Source: Candidatus Bathyarchaeota archaeon A05DMB-4 (GTDB taxonomy: Archaea; Thermoproteota; Bathyarchaeia; Bathyarchaeales; SOJC01). Taken from it: a DNA stretch of 64,000 bases. This document shows positions 46,552 to 56,199 of this stretch, piece after piece (position 1 is the stretch's first letter; each line of letters starts with the position of its first letter). Location: assembly GCA_019685575.1 (NCBI GenBank), contig JABFQO010000004.1, positions 66,927-130,926 of the forward strand, in the 5' to 3' direction. The translations under genes were made by a program, and so were the position numbers. The notes below the pieces were generated by a model. The model was not told the DNA's origin. It saw only the letters and a list, made by a program, of their open reading frames with translations, and did not search any database.

Positions 46552-47573
46552 TTGTGTACATGTGCTGCATCAGTGAATGGAAGAGGTGAGGTCCAACTGT
46601 CGCCTGCGTCGGTTGAGTAGACGTACTCAATAGGCTGACTGTCGTCGCTGTACCAAGGGGAGCTGAAAACTATCAAGTCGTCAGTTCCACCGCTATCGCC
46701 ATACTTGAGAATTGTCGGGTCGCACGCGGCTCCATCTGGTGGCGCATCGAAAATATATGTTGCAGATGGCCAAGGAACTGTATCTGGTGTAGTTGTCTTA
46801 GTAAAGAGGATGTGTTCCCAATTGGTACTAACCATGTAGTAGGTGCTCCCGGTCTTGATGACGCGGGGTATCTGGTAAGCTGCTGCTGCTCCAATTTTTG
46901 TTACAGTGGTTTCCCATGTATGTGTGACACTATTGTACTTGATGAATCCGACGCCTTCTGATTCCTTTTGAATTCCATAGAACAGGCGAATACCATTTCC
47001 TTCAACTATCGAGTCCAAGTGGGCGGCACCGGTACTGTACGTTCCGTCGAATATCATGTATTGACCTGACCAGGCTCCGCTAGAATATGTATTGGCGTAG
47101 ATGTCGCCCTCCAAATTCTTCCAGTTTGCACCAATAACCCATATTTTGCCGTCAGCCTCGCAAATCGTTACGCTGCGGAAATTTGAATACCAATCAATGG
47201 CAGTCGCGTCCAGTACCTTCGTTTCAGCCGACCAAGTCACTCCGCCATCAGATGATGTTTTGACATAAACGTCGTATAACAAATCGTCCGGATTGCCACC
47301 GTGATGGAAAAATGGATACTGCGACCTCAAATACACTAAGTACCATACACCAGTCGAGGCCCTCAGCAGTTGTGGATCCCGTTCGTAGTAGCCATCGCCA
47401 CTTGCGTCTCCAGTATTGGTTATCCTTACAGCAGGACTAACATCAATAGTAGGGTCTTGTTCTTGCGTTATTACTTTTCCAATTTCTGGTCGAGCCACTT
47501 TTACGACGTATGCTGAAGCTAGCATGCTTAAGAGAAGCATCAAAGATATCAGTATCGCTGTTTTGTTCTTCAT
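46536..47573 (-). CDS. Secreted BNR/sialidase-like beta-propeller protein (signal peptide); possibly the 5' part of a frameshifted gene continuing into 43552..46551
   Basis: Signal peptide MKNKTAILISLMLLLSMLASA. BNR repeats SSDGGVTW and STDAGDSWT. Ends 16 nt inside the next ORF, in another frame. Confidence 0.55.
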   Translation of the reverse strand: MKNKTAILISLMLLLSMLASAYVVKVARPEIGKVITQEQDPTIDVSPAVRITNTGDASGDGYYERDPQLLRASTGVWYLVYLRSQYPFFHHGGNPDDLLYDVYVKTSSDGGVTWSAETKVLDATAIDWYSNFRSVTICEADGKIWVIGANWKNLEGDIYANTYSSGAWSGQYMIFDGTYSTGAAHLDSIVEGNGIRLFYGIQKESEGVGFIKYNSVTHTWETTVTKIGAAAAYQIPRVIKTGSTYYMVSTNWEHILFTKTTTPDTVPWPSATYIFDAPPDGAACDPTILKYGDSGGTDDLIVFSSPWYSDDSQPIEYVYSTDAGDSWTSPLPFTDAAHVHKCLGI

Positions 47574-47850
47574 TGAATATTTTCTCCCTTCTCTTCATTA
47601 CAGATTAGCAATATATATGTTCAATGTAAATAATATAAAATTTGTGGAAAAATGTTCTATATTATTCCATAAATATATAATTATGTATCAAATGAATCAT
47701 ACTGACTGCGAATGATAGACGGAATTAGTGATTATCTTAGAAAAATCAAAATAAAATCACAAAAATAATATGTTTTTTTAAAAAAATCAGTTAATCTGTA
47801 AATTCAATGTCAAAATATAACCCAGAATAACATTCAAAACTGGTTATTTG

Positions 47851-48276
47851 TTATTCGTTTTTATGAACTAAAAGTTTCTTGCTTAGTGTTTTGAGGTATG
47901 TTGGAATGCTTTCTATGTCCTTTACGTCGTGCCTCATGAAGGCTTTGAGTTCTCGCCAATAGACGGTGTTGGTTTTTATTCGCGCCGCTTCCAAATGTTG
48001 TGTGAGGCGTTTGGTGAGTTCTTTTCCTCTGCGGTCAAAATCTAAGAGAAGAATGACTTCGTCGCATGTTTGTTTCTCTATTTCTGCGGTGAGAGAGAGT
48101 AGGGATTTTCGAGAGGTTTTCGCCATGATTATTTTGCCTTTTACGTTTAACTCACGAAGCGCCCGCATGTCTTTTTGGCCTTCAACAATTATCAGACGGT
48201 TTTTCGCCGATGCGGTGGCGATTTTTTCTAGGATTTGCTGTATTTTCTCTACGCGTTCCCGTAGCCGTGTTGACAA
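47851..48276 (-). CDS. Small Toprim-domain protein (primase-like, COG1658-type)
   Basis: Toprim acidic motifs (LIIVEGQKD...ILLLDFDRRGKEL). Confidence 0.55.
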   Translation of the reverse strand: MSTRLRERVEKIQQILEKIATASAKNRLIIVEGQKDMRALRELNVKGKIIMAKTSRKSLLSLTAEIEKQTCDEVILLLDFDRRGKELTKRLTQHLEAARIKTNTVYWRELKAFMRHDVKDIESIPTYLKTLSKKLLVHKNE

Positions 48277-48283
48277 TCTGTTT

Positions 48284-49387
48284 TTACCTTGTTATTTCTA
48301 TCTGCAACATTTTTTCCAGCATGTCGGGTTTTTTCTGGAAATGTTTTCTTACTGGCTCCAAAATCGTGATCAAGGCTTCTGCGACGCCGTTTTTCAAGTC
48401 GAGCGGGTGTACTTTGCCTTCTCGGAATGCTTTTTCGAGTTCTGCAAAGTTTTTGAAGGTTTGGTTTCTGCCGTACTTTGCTGGGCGTTCTATCGTGAGG
48501 TTGTTCTGATGAGTGAAGATGGCTAGTTTGGCAAGTTCCAGTACTGGATTTGACTCTGTTTGCTTTGGTGGGCAGTAGGCGTTTTTGACTTTGCTCCGTA
48601 TCTGTTCAGGCGAGTCGTGGACGAAGATGCAGTTTTCCGGCATGCTTTTCGACATCTTCGCGCTGATTTGAAGGTTAATTGCGCCGTTTTCGTCGAATTC
48701 CTTCTCTGTTTTGGCGGGGCCTTGCAATCCCATGAGCAAAGGCACATGCACGCAGACCGGTTTTTTCCAATGAAGTTTTTCTGCAGCGTCTCGGGCAAGC
48801 ATGTGCGCCTTTCTTTGGTCTATCCCTGCGCATGCGACGTCGAGTTCCATGTGAAAAATATCCGCTGCTTGCATACAAGGATAGTAAACCCAAGCGGTTT
48901 CCATGTCGGACAGACTCATCTCTCGGCCCATGATGGGCAGTGCGCGCCAGACTCGTTGGAGGGTCGCCGTTTTTCCTATGCGGATGACCTTTTCCCAGTA
49001 TTCAATGTCTTTAGCCAAATCAGTGGCCCATAAAAACTGCGCTTTTTGTGGCGTTATGCCCAAGGCAGTAAAGCATTCCTTGAAATATTCGCCGCATGTG
49101 TGGATGTTTTCCATTTTTCCGCCGAGTTTGTTGTTTATCCAACTGTGCCAGTCGGCGAGGAAGATGATGAAGTGGAAGCCCGCGTTTATTATGTCCTTTA
49201 TTTTTCCGCCGCAGACCAGTCCCATGCCGATGTGCATTAATCCGCTGGATTCGAAGCCCCAGTAGGCGCGCGGTTGTGTTTTGGTTTCTAAAACAGTCTG
49301 CAATTCGTCTTTTGTAACGATTTCTTGCGTGTTGCGGGTGACAAGTTCTAATCTTTCTTCTACGTCCAATGTACGTCGCCTTTCCAT
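48284..49387 (-). CDS. tyrS: Tyrosine--tRNA ligase (TyrRS)
   Basis: Near-colinear with Pyrococcus TyrRS (YWGFESSG.MHIG, FLADWHSWINNKLGG, KMSKS, HPLDLKNGVAE). Start reassigned to ATG at 49387. Confidence 0.9.
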   Translation of the reverse strand: MERRRTLDVEERLELVTRNTQEIVTKDELQTVLETKTQPRAYWGFESSGLMHIGMGLVCGGKIKDIINAGFHFIIFLADWHSWINNKLGGKMENIHTCGEYFKECFTALGITPQKAQFLWATDLAKDIEYWEKVIRIGKTATLQRVWRALPIMGREMSLSDMETAWVYYPCMQAADIFHMELDVACAGIDQRKAHMLARDAAEKLHWKKPVCVHVPLLMGLQGPAKTEKEFDENGAINLQISAKMSKSMPENCIFVHDSPEQIRSKVKNAYCPPKQTESNPVLELAKLAIFTHQNNLTIERPAKYGRNQTFKNFAELEKAFREGKVHPLDLKNGVAEALITILEPVRKHFQKKPDMLEKMLQIEITR

Positions 49388-49680
49388 ATGATGACCACTA
49401 GATGACTTAAATTTATTCATGCTTATCGTGGGCGCTGGTTTGTGTCCCACATAACTAACACTCAACCTCACCGAACAAGCAATGCGCTTTTCTCCGATGA
49501 GCTCTCTCTTAGTGGGAACAGTTCACGCCCACGCCCGCCGTGTCTCATGCGTGGGTAAACCCCAGTTTCATCGAGGCCGCAAGCGTCCATTCTCGCTGGC
49601 GTGTCCGTAACATGATTTGCCGGCGGGGTTGCTCAAACGTTTCGTGTCATCGCCAAAAGAATGAAAGTCCGCGGAAGAAA

Positions 49681-51345
49681 TTAACTTTTCCCAACTAAAC
49701 CTTCCAAATCTACCTCGAAGGCGGCAACTGGGTTTTCCAGCGTGAAATTGTTGAGTACTTGTGGATGGATTTCGCCTAGGATGCCGATTTGCTCTTTTCC
49801 AAGGCTGACTGAGGCCACTCTTCCCTCTAGATAACTCGAATCTTTAATCGCCTTAATTCGCCACTTCTTCAACCCCATATTCGTCAGTAAAGCCTCAACG
49901 ATGGATTTGATTTCTGTGAAATTAGCGTTTGGGTAGGAAACGACGCCTGCAACATGAAGCCGTCTTTCGCAGCAACTCTTCATATTTGGATTAATTAGGA
50001 TTACGTCTGAAACTTCGAACAATTTCTGCGGAAAACTCTCATGCCGGTTGTCCATCAGATTCTGCATTAGCCCTGGCAACAGCGCAGCCCGCAGTATCGT
50101 GTACTCGGATGACACCGGGTTTGCAAGTCTTGCTGGGGAGCCGGGTTTTTTCTGCATCTTAACATAGTGCGTATCTTCGTTTGTGAGTGTGAAATTCATG
50201 ACCTCCGTGAAGCCCAGTCCAATCAGTATTTGTTCCACGTATCTTGCCAGTTTCCCAGCTTTGTGTTCTTCGCCGACGGTAATCGTAACCGGCAGAGTGG
50301 GCTTCATCCGATAATAACCATAGCCGATGGCGAGTTCTTCCACCAAATCGACTTCGTGAAGGACATCAATCCGATAAGCAGGAATCATCACGTCCAGCAT
50401 GTTCTTACCCGATTTCTTTGCATCCAGTCTGCATTTTTTCAAGCATTTTACGGCCTCATTCTCGGATAGATGCAGCCCCAGCATGGCGTTGGCGTGGTCT
50501 AGATGAAGGCTCATTTGTTGAGGCGACAGGTTTGGCGATTGTTCTGTGTGGTCTGGGTATCTCACGGTGACGCTTTCAATTTTGGCGCCCATATCGGCGA
50601 GAGTTGTGACTAGTGTGTTTAGGCTTTGTTTAACAGCGTTGTAGTCCGTGCCCGTGACATCCAAGAAAAGGCTTCGCGTATTCCTGTCCACTCGGGTCAG
50701 TTCGCCGTTGATTATGGGCGGCATCGAAAGCACTTTTTCATCTCTGTCCACGAGCAACGGGTACTTGGGCGCCCAGTCCACTAAATGCTTGTAAGCCACG
50801 CCCTTCTCGTGTTTTTCAAGAACCTCTTGCGGGGTCATTTCTTCACTTTTGTCAAGCGGTACAAACCGCACCGCGTTCGGTGCGACGGCTTTGAACGTGA
50901 AAGGCGCGTTGACTGTAGCCAAATTGTGCACGCCTATTGAAGCCTTCTTTCTGTCCCGTCCAATGCCCCAGTGGAGGTCTTCTTGGATTTCCATGAGTTC
51001 CGCCACGGCGTCTTCGTCAAGTTTAACGTTGCGTACGACCGCGGCAAGCATGTATGGGCGTATGTTGGAAACCGATTTGTCGATTCGAAGAACTGTTTTG
51101 CCGTGTTTTATTTTGTATTCTGGTATTCCAGTTTCCCACCCCATCAGCCCCTTGAACGCTCTTGCCACACCCGCGTGGCTACATAAGTCAACACGGTTCG
51201 GGTTAACCTCGATCTTTACATAGTCTGGTCCTTTCTCGTCAATGTGCACTCCTATCCAAGGTAGCCATTTTTCCATCTCGTCCACGGACAATTGTTTTCC
51301 GACGAATCTGCTGAAACGTTCTTTGTTAAGCGTTATCACAGGCAC
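49681..51345 (-). CDS. pheT: Phenylalanine--tRNA ligase beta subunit (archaeal PheT)
   Basis: 554 aa. Archaeal PheT N-terminal B3/B4 pattern. Overlaps the pheS stop. Confidence 0.85.
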   Translation of the reverse strand: MPVITLNKERFSRFVGKQLSVDEMEKWLPWIGVHIDEKGPDYVKIEVNPNRVDLCSHAGVARAFKGLMGWETGIPEYKIKHGKTVLRIDKSVSNIRPYMLAAVVRNVKLDEDAVAELMEIQEDLHWGIGRDRKKASIGVHNLATVNAPFTFKAVAPNAVRFVPLDKSEEMTPQEVLEKHEKGVAYKHLVDWAPKYPLLVDRDEKVLSMPPIINGELTRVDRNTRSLFLDVTGTDYNAVKQSLNTLVTTLADMGAKIESVTVRYPDHTEQSPNLSPQQMSLHLDHANAMLGLHLSENEAVKCLKKCRLDAKKSGKNMLDVMIPAYRIDVLHEVDLVEELAIGYGYYRMKPTLPVTITVGEEHKAGKLARYVEQILIGLGFTEVMNFTLTNEDTHYVKMQKKPGSPARLANPVSSEYTILRAALLPGLMQNLMDNRHESFPQKLFEVSDVILINPNMKSCCERRLHVAGVVSYPNANFTEIKSIVEALLTNMGLKKWRIKAIKDSSYLEGRVASVSLGKEQIGILGEIHPQVLNNFTLENPVAAFEVDLEGLVGKS

Positions 51346-52844
51346 ACGGGTTTCCTCCTAATCCAACTCAAACTATTCTTGTACAACACACGGATATCGT
51401 CCGCCTCAAGCTCCAACATAGCCAAACGCTCAAGCCCGCCGCCCCAAGCCAAAACGGGGTACTTGATTCCCATGGGGGCTAGCACTTCTGGTCTGAACAT
51501 GCCCATCCCGCAAAGTTCAATCCAAGCTTTTAATTTAGGTGCGTACACGGTTGCTTGCACGGATGGTTCTGTGTAGGGAAAGTAGCTTGGCCAGAATTGT
51601 ATTTTTGTTAAGCCGAATTTTCGGTAAAACGTCTTTAGTGTGCCCATTAAATCGCGTAGTGTGACGTGCTTGTCCATGACTATGCCTTCGATGTGGTGGA
51701 ATTCGGCGAGGTGTTTGTAGTCGACTTTTTCGTTGCGGTAAACTCTGTCCACTGAGAACACTTTTACCGGAGGTTTTTGGTGCTTGGAGAGAAATTGAAT
51801 CGTTTCAGAGGTCGTGTGGGTCCTAAGCACGAGTTTTCTGGCTTCCTCGGCGCTCCATCTGTAGCCCCAGCCCTTAGAACCCGTTGTCCATCCGTTCTCG
51901 TGTGTTTTTGCAACCTTTTCAACTATGCTTTTAGCGGGCAGTTTGCCCAGTTTGGGGTATGAAAGGTAGAAAGTGTCTGCCATTTCTCGCGCCGGATGGT
52001 CTTGTGGCTGGAACAAGGCGTCGAAGTTCCAGAACGCGGTTTCCACAATTGGTCCACGGATTTCGGTGAAGCCCATTTCCAAGAAGATTTCTCGTGCTCT
52101 TTGAATGATAGCCCTCATGGGGTGTAGTTTGCCGGGGTAAACTGTTGGTCCGGGCGCGGTTACGTCGAATTTTCTGAGTTTGGCGGTTTTCCATTTGCCC
52201 GTGATGATGAGTTCTGGGGTGAGTTGACTGATTTCTTCGACTATTGCTATTCCTTTTTTGACTGTTTGCCAGCCTACCTCGGTGAGTTCAAGTTCTCGGA
52301 TGGTTTTTTCTCGGGTTTCCACGAGTTTTCGTTTTTTCAGCATGTCCACAGCGTCTTGCAGAGGCTTGTCCAGAGTTTCGAGTAACGTTTCACCTTTTGC
52401 TTTTAGCAGTTGCAGAAGTTTTTCGTCTGCACCTTGTGGCGGTTCACCTTTTACGGTTAGCAGTTTTTCTTTTCCTGCAAACGTCGCCCAGTCTTTCTTA
52501 CGCAACCATCCCAAGGCGATGGGGATAAACGATTGTTCCAGTCGAGCTTCAGCGACAGCTTTTTCCACGGGCATTTGGTTGCCGAATTTAACAAGGATGT
52601 CTATCAATCGTCTTTCCGGGAGCCCTTTTTCTGCGTGAAGCTTGCCTTCACTGTTTAAGGTGACGGCGATTTGTGGTTTTTCGTTTATTTTTACGAGTTT
52701 CTTTTCGGTCAACGTTAGTGCTGCACGCATAACAGCCGCGTGCGCCAAGCCGCTTTGTTGGACGATTTGGTCGGTGTTTGCTTTTCCGCCGAGTTTCTGT
52801 AAAGTGAGTAGTGTTTTTTGTTCGTTTTCTCTTAGGTCGGGCAA
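51336..52844 (-). CDS. pheS: Phenylalanine--tRNA ligase alpha subunit (archaeal PheS)
   Basis: FQPQDHPAREMADTFY class II motif. N-terminal triple wHTH region. 502 aa. Confidence 0.9.
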   Translation of the reverse strand: MPDLRENEQKTLLTLQKLGGKANTDQIVQQSGLAHAAVMRAALTLTEKKLVKINEKPQIAVTLNSEGKLHAEKGLPERRLIDILVKFGNQMPVEKAVAEARLEQSFIPIALGWLRKKDWATFAGKEKLLTVKGEPPQGADEKLLQLLKAKGETLLETLDKPLQDAVDMLKKRKLVETREKTIRELELTEVGWQTVKKGIAIVEEISQLTPELIITGKWKTAKLRKFDVTAPGPTVYPGKLHPMRAIIQRAREIFLEMGFTEIRGPIVETAFWNFDALFQPQDHPAREMADTFYLSYPKLGKLPAKSIVEKVAKTHENGWTTGSKGWGYRWSAEEARKLVLRTHTTSETIQFLSKHQKPPVKVFSVDRVYRNEKVDYKHLAEFHHIEGIVMDKHVTLRDLMGTLKTFYRKFGLTKIQFWPSYFPYTEPSVQATVYAPKLKAWIELCGMGMFRPEVLAPMGIKYPVLAWGGGLERLAMLELEADDIRVLYKNSLSWIRRKPVCL

Positions 52845-53092
52845 TTGTTTTCCTCTCTGTTTAGTGTCTGTTGTAGTTTAGCGTGTTCTAAATAAAAATC
52901 CTTCATTAGACCAGACGCCTTCTTATGCCCCATGATAACAAAAATAGAGAATTCAAGGTTTATTACGGAAATTGGCGGGGCATCACTACACCGCAGTAGA
53001 TCGTGGGGGGCGCGTTATTTATGTTTTATTTCATAAACTTTAATACATTTCCCAGTATTCTTTAACTGTTTCAAAACAGGTCAGTGCGATTC

Positions 53093-54217
53093 ATGGTTAA
53101 CGAAGAAGAAATGATAGTAACGCCTTGGGAAGTCCGAGGCAAAATCGACTATGAAAAACTAATCCGAGAATTCGGCACCCAGCCTTTAACTGACGAGTTA
53201 ATGGAGAGAATGAAAAAAGATTTTGGCGACTTGCATCTGCAGTTGCGTCGAAGACTCTTCTTTTCTCACCGCGATTTTGATTTAATATTAGACAGGTTTG
53301 AGAAGGGACAAGGATTCGTGCTCTACACGGGTCGGGGACCATCTGGACCAGTACATATTGGACATTTGGTGCCTTGGATTTTCACGAAATACCTGCAAGA
53401 GAAATTCCACACGAATCTTTATTTTCAAATGACGGATGATGAAAAGTTTGTGATAGAAGACGAGATGGCGCTTGACGAGACAACGAGATGGGGATACGAA
53501 AACGCCTTAGACCTCATTGCCTTGGGCTTCAAGCCGGAAAACACGAACATAATCTTCGACGTAAAAGACATCGGTCACCTCTACGACTTGGCGTTAAAAG
53601 TAGCCAAAAAAGTCACCTATTCCACGGCCAAAGCGGTCTTCGGCTTCCAAGACAGCACGAACATAGGATGGATTTTCTGGCCAGCAATCCAAGCCGTCCC
53701 GTGCTTCATCCACGCCAAACTCACAGGCGAAAACGTGCCCGTTTTAATTCCCGCAGCCATCGACCAAGACCCATACTGGCGCATCACACGCGACGTAGCC
53801 CAGAAACTCGGTTACCACAAACCCGCACAGATCCACTGCAGATTCGTTCCCGGCCTGGGCAAAGGCGGAAAAATGTCTGCCTCTGAACCTGAAACCTGCA
53901 TATTCACCACTGACACGCCCGAGCAAGTGAAGCGGAAGATTTGGAATGCTTTCACGGGCGGTAAACCCACCGTGAAGGAACAGAGAAAAACTGGCGGCGA
54001 CCCGTACATTTGCACGGTTTTCCAGTATTTTCTTTACCTTTTCGAAGAAGACGACGAGAAGATTGCCCAATTGGATGAAGATTGCCGGACAGGCGGCGTC
54101 GTTTGCGGCGACTGCAAGGCGCTTTTGACTGAAAGAGTGAATAGGTTCCTGAAAGATCACCAAAAAAAGCGGGAGGACGCCAGAAAAGACGTTCAAAAAT
54201 TCTATCTAAAAGCATGA
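53093..54217 (+). CDS. trpS: Tryptophan--tRNA ligase (TrpRS)
   Basis: TGRGPSGPVHIGHLVPWIFTKYLQEKF...QMTDDEKF and KMSASEPETCIF match archaeal/eukaryal TrpRS. Start ambiguous (GTG 53084, ATG 53093, ATG 53111). Confidence 0.9.
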   Translation: MVNEEEMIVTPWEVRGKIDYEKLIREFGTQPLTDELMERMKKDFGDLHLQLRRRLFFSHRDFDLILDRFEKGQGFVLYTGRGPSGPVHIGHLVPWIFTKYLQEKFHTNLYFQMTDDEKFVIEDEMALDETTRWGYENALDLIALGFKPENTNIIFDVKDIGHLYDLALKVAKKVTYSTAKAVFGFQDSTNIGWIFWPAIQAVPCFIHAKLTGENVPVLIPAAIDQDPYWRITRDVAQKLGYHKPAQIHCRFVPGLGKGGKMSASEPETCIFTTDTPEQVKRKIWNAFTGGKPTVKEQRKTGGDPYICTVFQYFLYLFEEDDEKIAQLDEDCRTGGVVCGDCKALLTERVNRFLKDHQKKREDARKDVQKFYLKA

Positions 54218-54218
54218 A

Positions 54219-54800
54219 GTGAGAAACATGATGGAAAAGAAAAAGACAAACCAAATCGGCCTCTCAACAGCATCCCGTCTACTGCACCCGAAACTCACCG
54301 TTCTGCTAACTTGTGCAGACAAAACAGGCAAAGCCAACATAATCACCCTTGCTTGGACCATGCCGGTTTCCATGAACCCGCCGTTACTCGCCGTCAGCAT
54401 AGCGCCGAGGCGCTTGTCGCATAAGATGATAGAAGAAACAAAGGAATTTGTAATCAACATTCCCACCATGAATCTAGTCAAAGAAACACTTTTCTGCGGA
54501 AGAAAAAGCGGACGTGATTATGACAAGTTTAAGGAAACAAAACTCACTCCGATGTCGGCTAAAACTGTCAAGGCACCGATCATCAAAGAATGCGTCGCCC
54601 ACTTGGAATGCAAACTCTCCCAGCAGATTCCAGCAGGCGACCACACCATATTTCTCGGTGAAATCCAAGCCGCTTACGCCGACGAAAACGTGTTCACGGA
54701 GAAGTACGATTTAGAAAAAAGTAAACTAATCTTCCACTTGGGAGGAAACGAGTTCGTCACATTAGACACAGAAATCATTTCGCCACCGCTTTCAACTTAA
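54219..54800 (+). CDS. Flavin reductase-like domain protein (FMN-binding split barrel)
   Basis: LLTCADKTGKANIITLAWTMPVS pattern of the flavin reductase family. Confidence 0.65.
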   Translation: MRNMMEKKKTNQIGLSTASRLLHPKLTVLLTCADKTGKANIITLAWTMPVSMNPPLLAVSIAPRRLSHKMIEETKEFVINIPTMNLVKETLFCGRKSGRDYDKFKETKLTPMSAKTVKAPIIKECVAHLECKLSQQIPAGDHTIFLGEIQAAYADENVFTEKYDLEKSKLIFHLGGNEFVTLDTEIISPPLST

Positions 54801-54867
54801 AAGACCAAGAATCGTTCTAAAGTTTTTTAACTCTGAAAACATGTAAAGAAACCCACGTGCACCCCAC

Positions 54868-55770
54868 ATGTACTACTCCAAAGAAGAACAAGAAAAATTT
54901 TCTAAAGCCGGAGAAATCGCCAGAGTAGTTCGAGAAACCATGCGGAAAAACGTTCAAGAAGAAATGCGTATTGTTGATGTTTGTGAAAAAGCCGAAGAAC
55001 TGATACGTAAACTCGGTGGCAAACCCGCATTCCCATGCAACGTCTCCATTAACGAGGTCGCCGCGCATTATACTTCACCGCCAGGCGACACGAAAACGGT
55101 TCCGAAGAACTCGCTTGTGAAACTTGACATTGGCGTGCATGTTGACGGCTACGTTGCTGACACGGCGGTTACTGTCTGTTTCAACAGAGAATACGACGCC
55201 ATGGTTGTGGCCGCTGAGGAGGCTTTGAAAACTGCCATAGAAACGATTCGCTCGGGCATATTTACTTCTAAACTTGGTTCGGCTGTTCAGAAGACAATTG
55301 AGTCGTACGGGTTTAAGCCTGTTTCAAACCTTACAGGTCATCAAGTTGGGCGTTTTCTGGTGCATGCTGGCAAATCTTTGCCCAACGTGTTTCATCTTTC
55401 GGCAACGAGGCTTCACACGGGTGAGGTCTACGCCATCGAACCCTTTGTAACCCTAAAAGACGCTGTTGGCAAAGTTGAAAGCGGTAAGGAAATAACAATT
55501 TTCAAAATGAAGAAGCACAAGTCAATGCGGGCTACCGCGGCTAGAAACCTCTTCAATTTTATCGAAACAAATTATCGTTCACTTCCTTTTGCCGAGCGTT
55601 GGTTGCAAAAGAGCCCCTTAAAAGGGGGTTACAAGGAGGCTTTCCATGAGATTCGCGCCGCGAACTGCCTCACAGAATACCCAATCTTTGTCGAGGCAAG
55701 CGGAAAACCCGTGGCTCAAGCGGAACATACGGTGTTTATCACAGAAAACGGCTGCAAAGTGTTGACTTAG
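54868..55770 (+). CDS. map: Methionine aminopeptidase, type 2 (archaeal MetAP)
   Basis: 300 aa. MetAP2 metal-ligand regions (DIGVHVDGY, HQVGRF, EPF, EHTV). Confidence 0.85.
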   Translation: MYYSKEEQEKFSKAGEIARVVRETMRKNVQEEMRIVDVCEKAEELIRKLGGKPAFPCNVSINEVAAHYTSPPGDTKTVPKNSLVKLDIGVHVDGYVADTAVTVCFNREYDAMVVAAEEALKTAIETIRSGIFTSKLGSAVQKTIESYGFKPVSNLTGHQVGRFLVHAGKSLPNVFHLSATRLHTGEVYAIEPFVTLKDAVGKVESGKEITIFKMKKHKSMRATAARNLFNFIETNYRSLPFAERWLQKSPLKGGYKEAFHEIRAANCLTEYPIFVEASGKPVAQAEHTVFITENGCKVLT

Positions 55771-56189
55771 AACCGTTCTTCTTTAGGTTTTTCCTTAATC
55801 TCACGGTAAATAGCCGACACGAGTAGTTTGTCGTTACATTTGGGGCACGGTCCAACTTCTTTGAAAACGAAGTCGCCGCGCTCGAATTCTCGAACGTTCT
55901 TGAAACCACATTTCTGGCACGAAATAGTGGTTATTACTGGCTGTATTTTCAAAGCCAACCGCATCACACTCCTTCTTGTTTGAAGCAACATGTAAGTCGA
56001 AAGCCCAAGCCCAATGAAACCAATTATCAGCAGAATGCCCGCGCTTGCGTCGCCGGAATTGTAGGCAGACAGAGCGAAATACAACGCGGCAAGCGAAAGA
56101 ACTAACGTGATGAGTATGACTGCAAAGACGAAAGATGAGATTCTCTGCGTTGGTGCTGTTGCTTCTTCTGCTTCTGTGTCTTCACTCAT
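55767..56189 (-). CDS. Membrane protein with C-terminal zinc ribbon
   Basis: Two TM helices then CQKCG...CPKCN. Confidence 0.4.
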   Translation of the reverse strand: MSEDTEAEEATAPTQRISSFVFAVILITLVLSLAALYFALSAYNSGDASAGILLIIGFIGLGLSTYMLLQTRRSVMRLALKIQPVITTISCQKCGFKNVREFERGDFVFKEVGPCPKCNDKLLVSAIYREIKEKPKEERF

Positions 56190-56199
56190 TTTCCTTCAC

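Noticed and set aside
47574-47850. CRISPR array or other repeat array in the AT-rich intergenic region
   Set aside because: Only loose A/T-rich pseudo-repeats are present (e.g. aaaataaaatcac / aaaaataatatg), with no regularly spaced direct repeats. It is treated as a promoter/UP region for the surface-protein gene.
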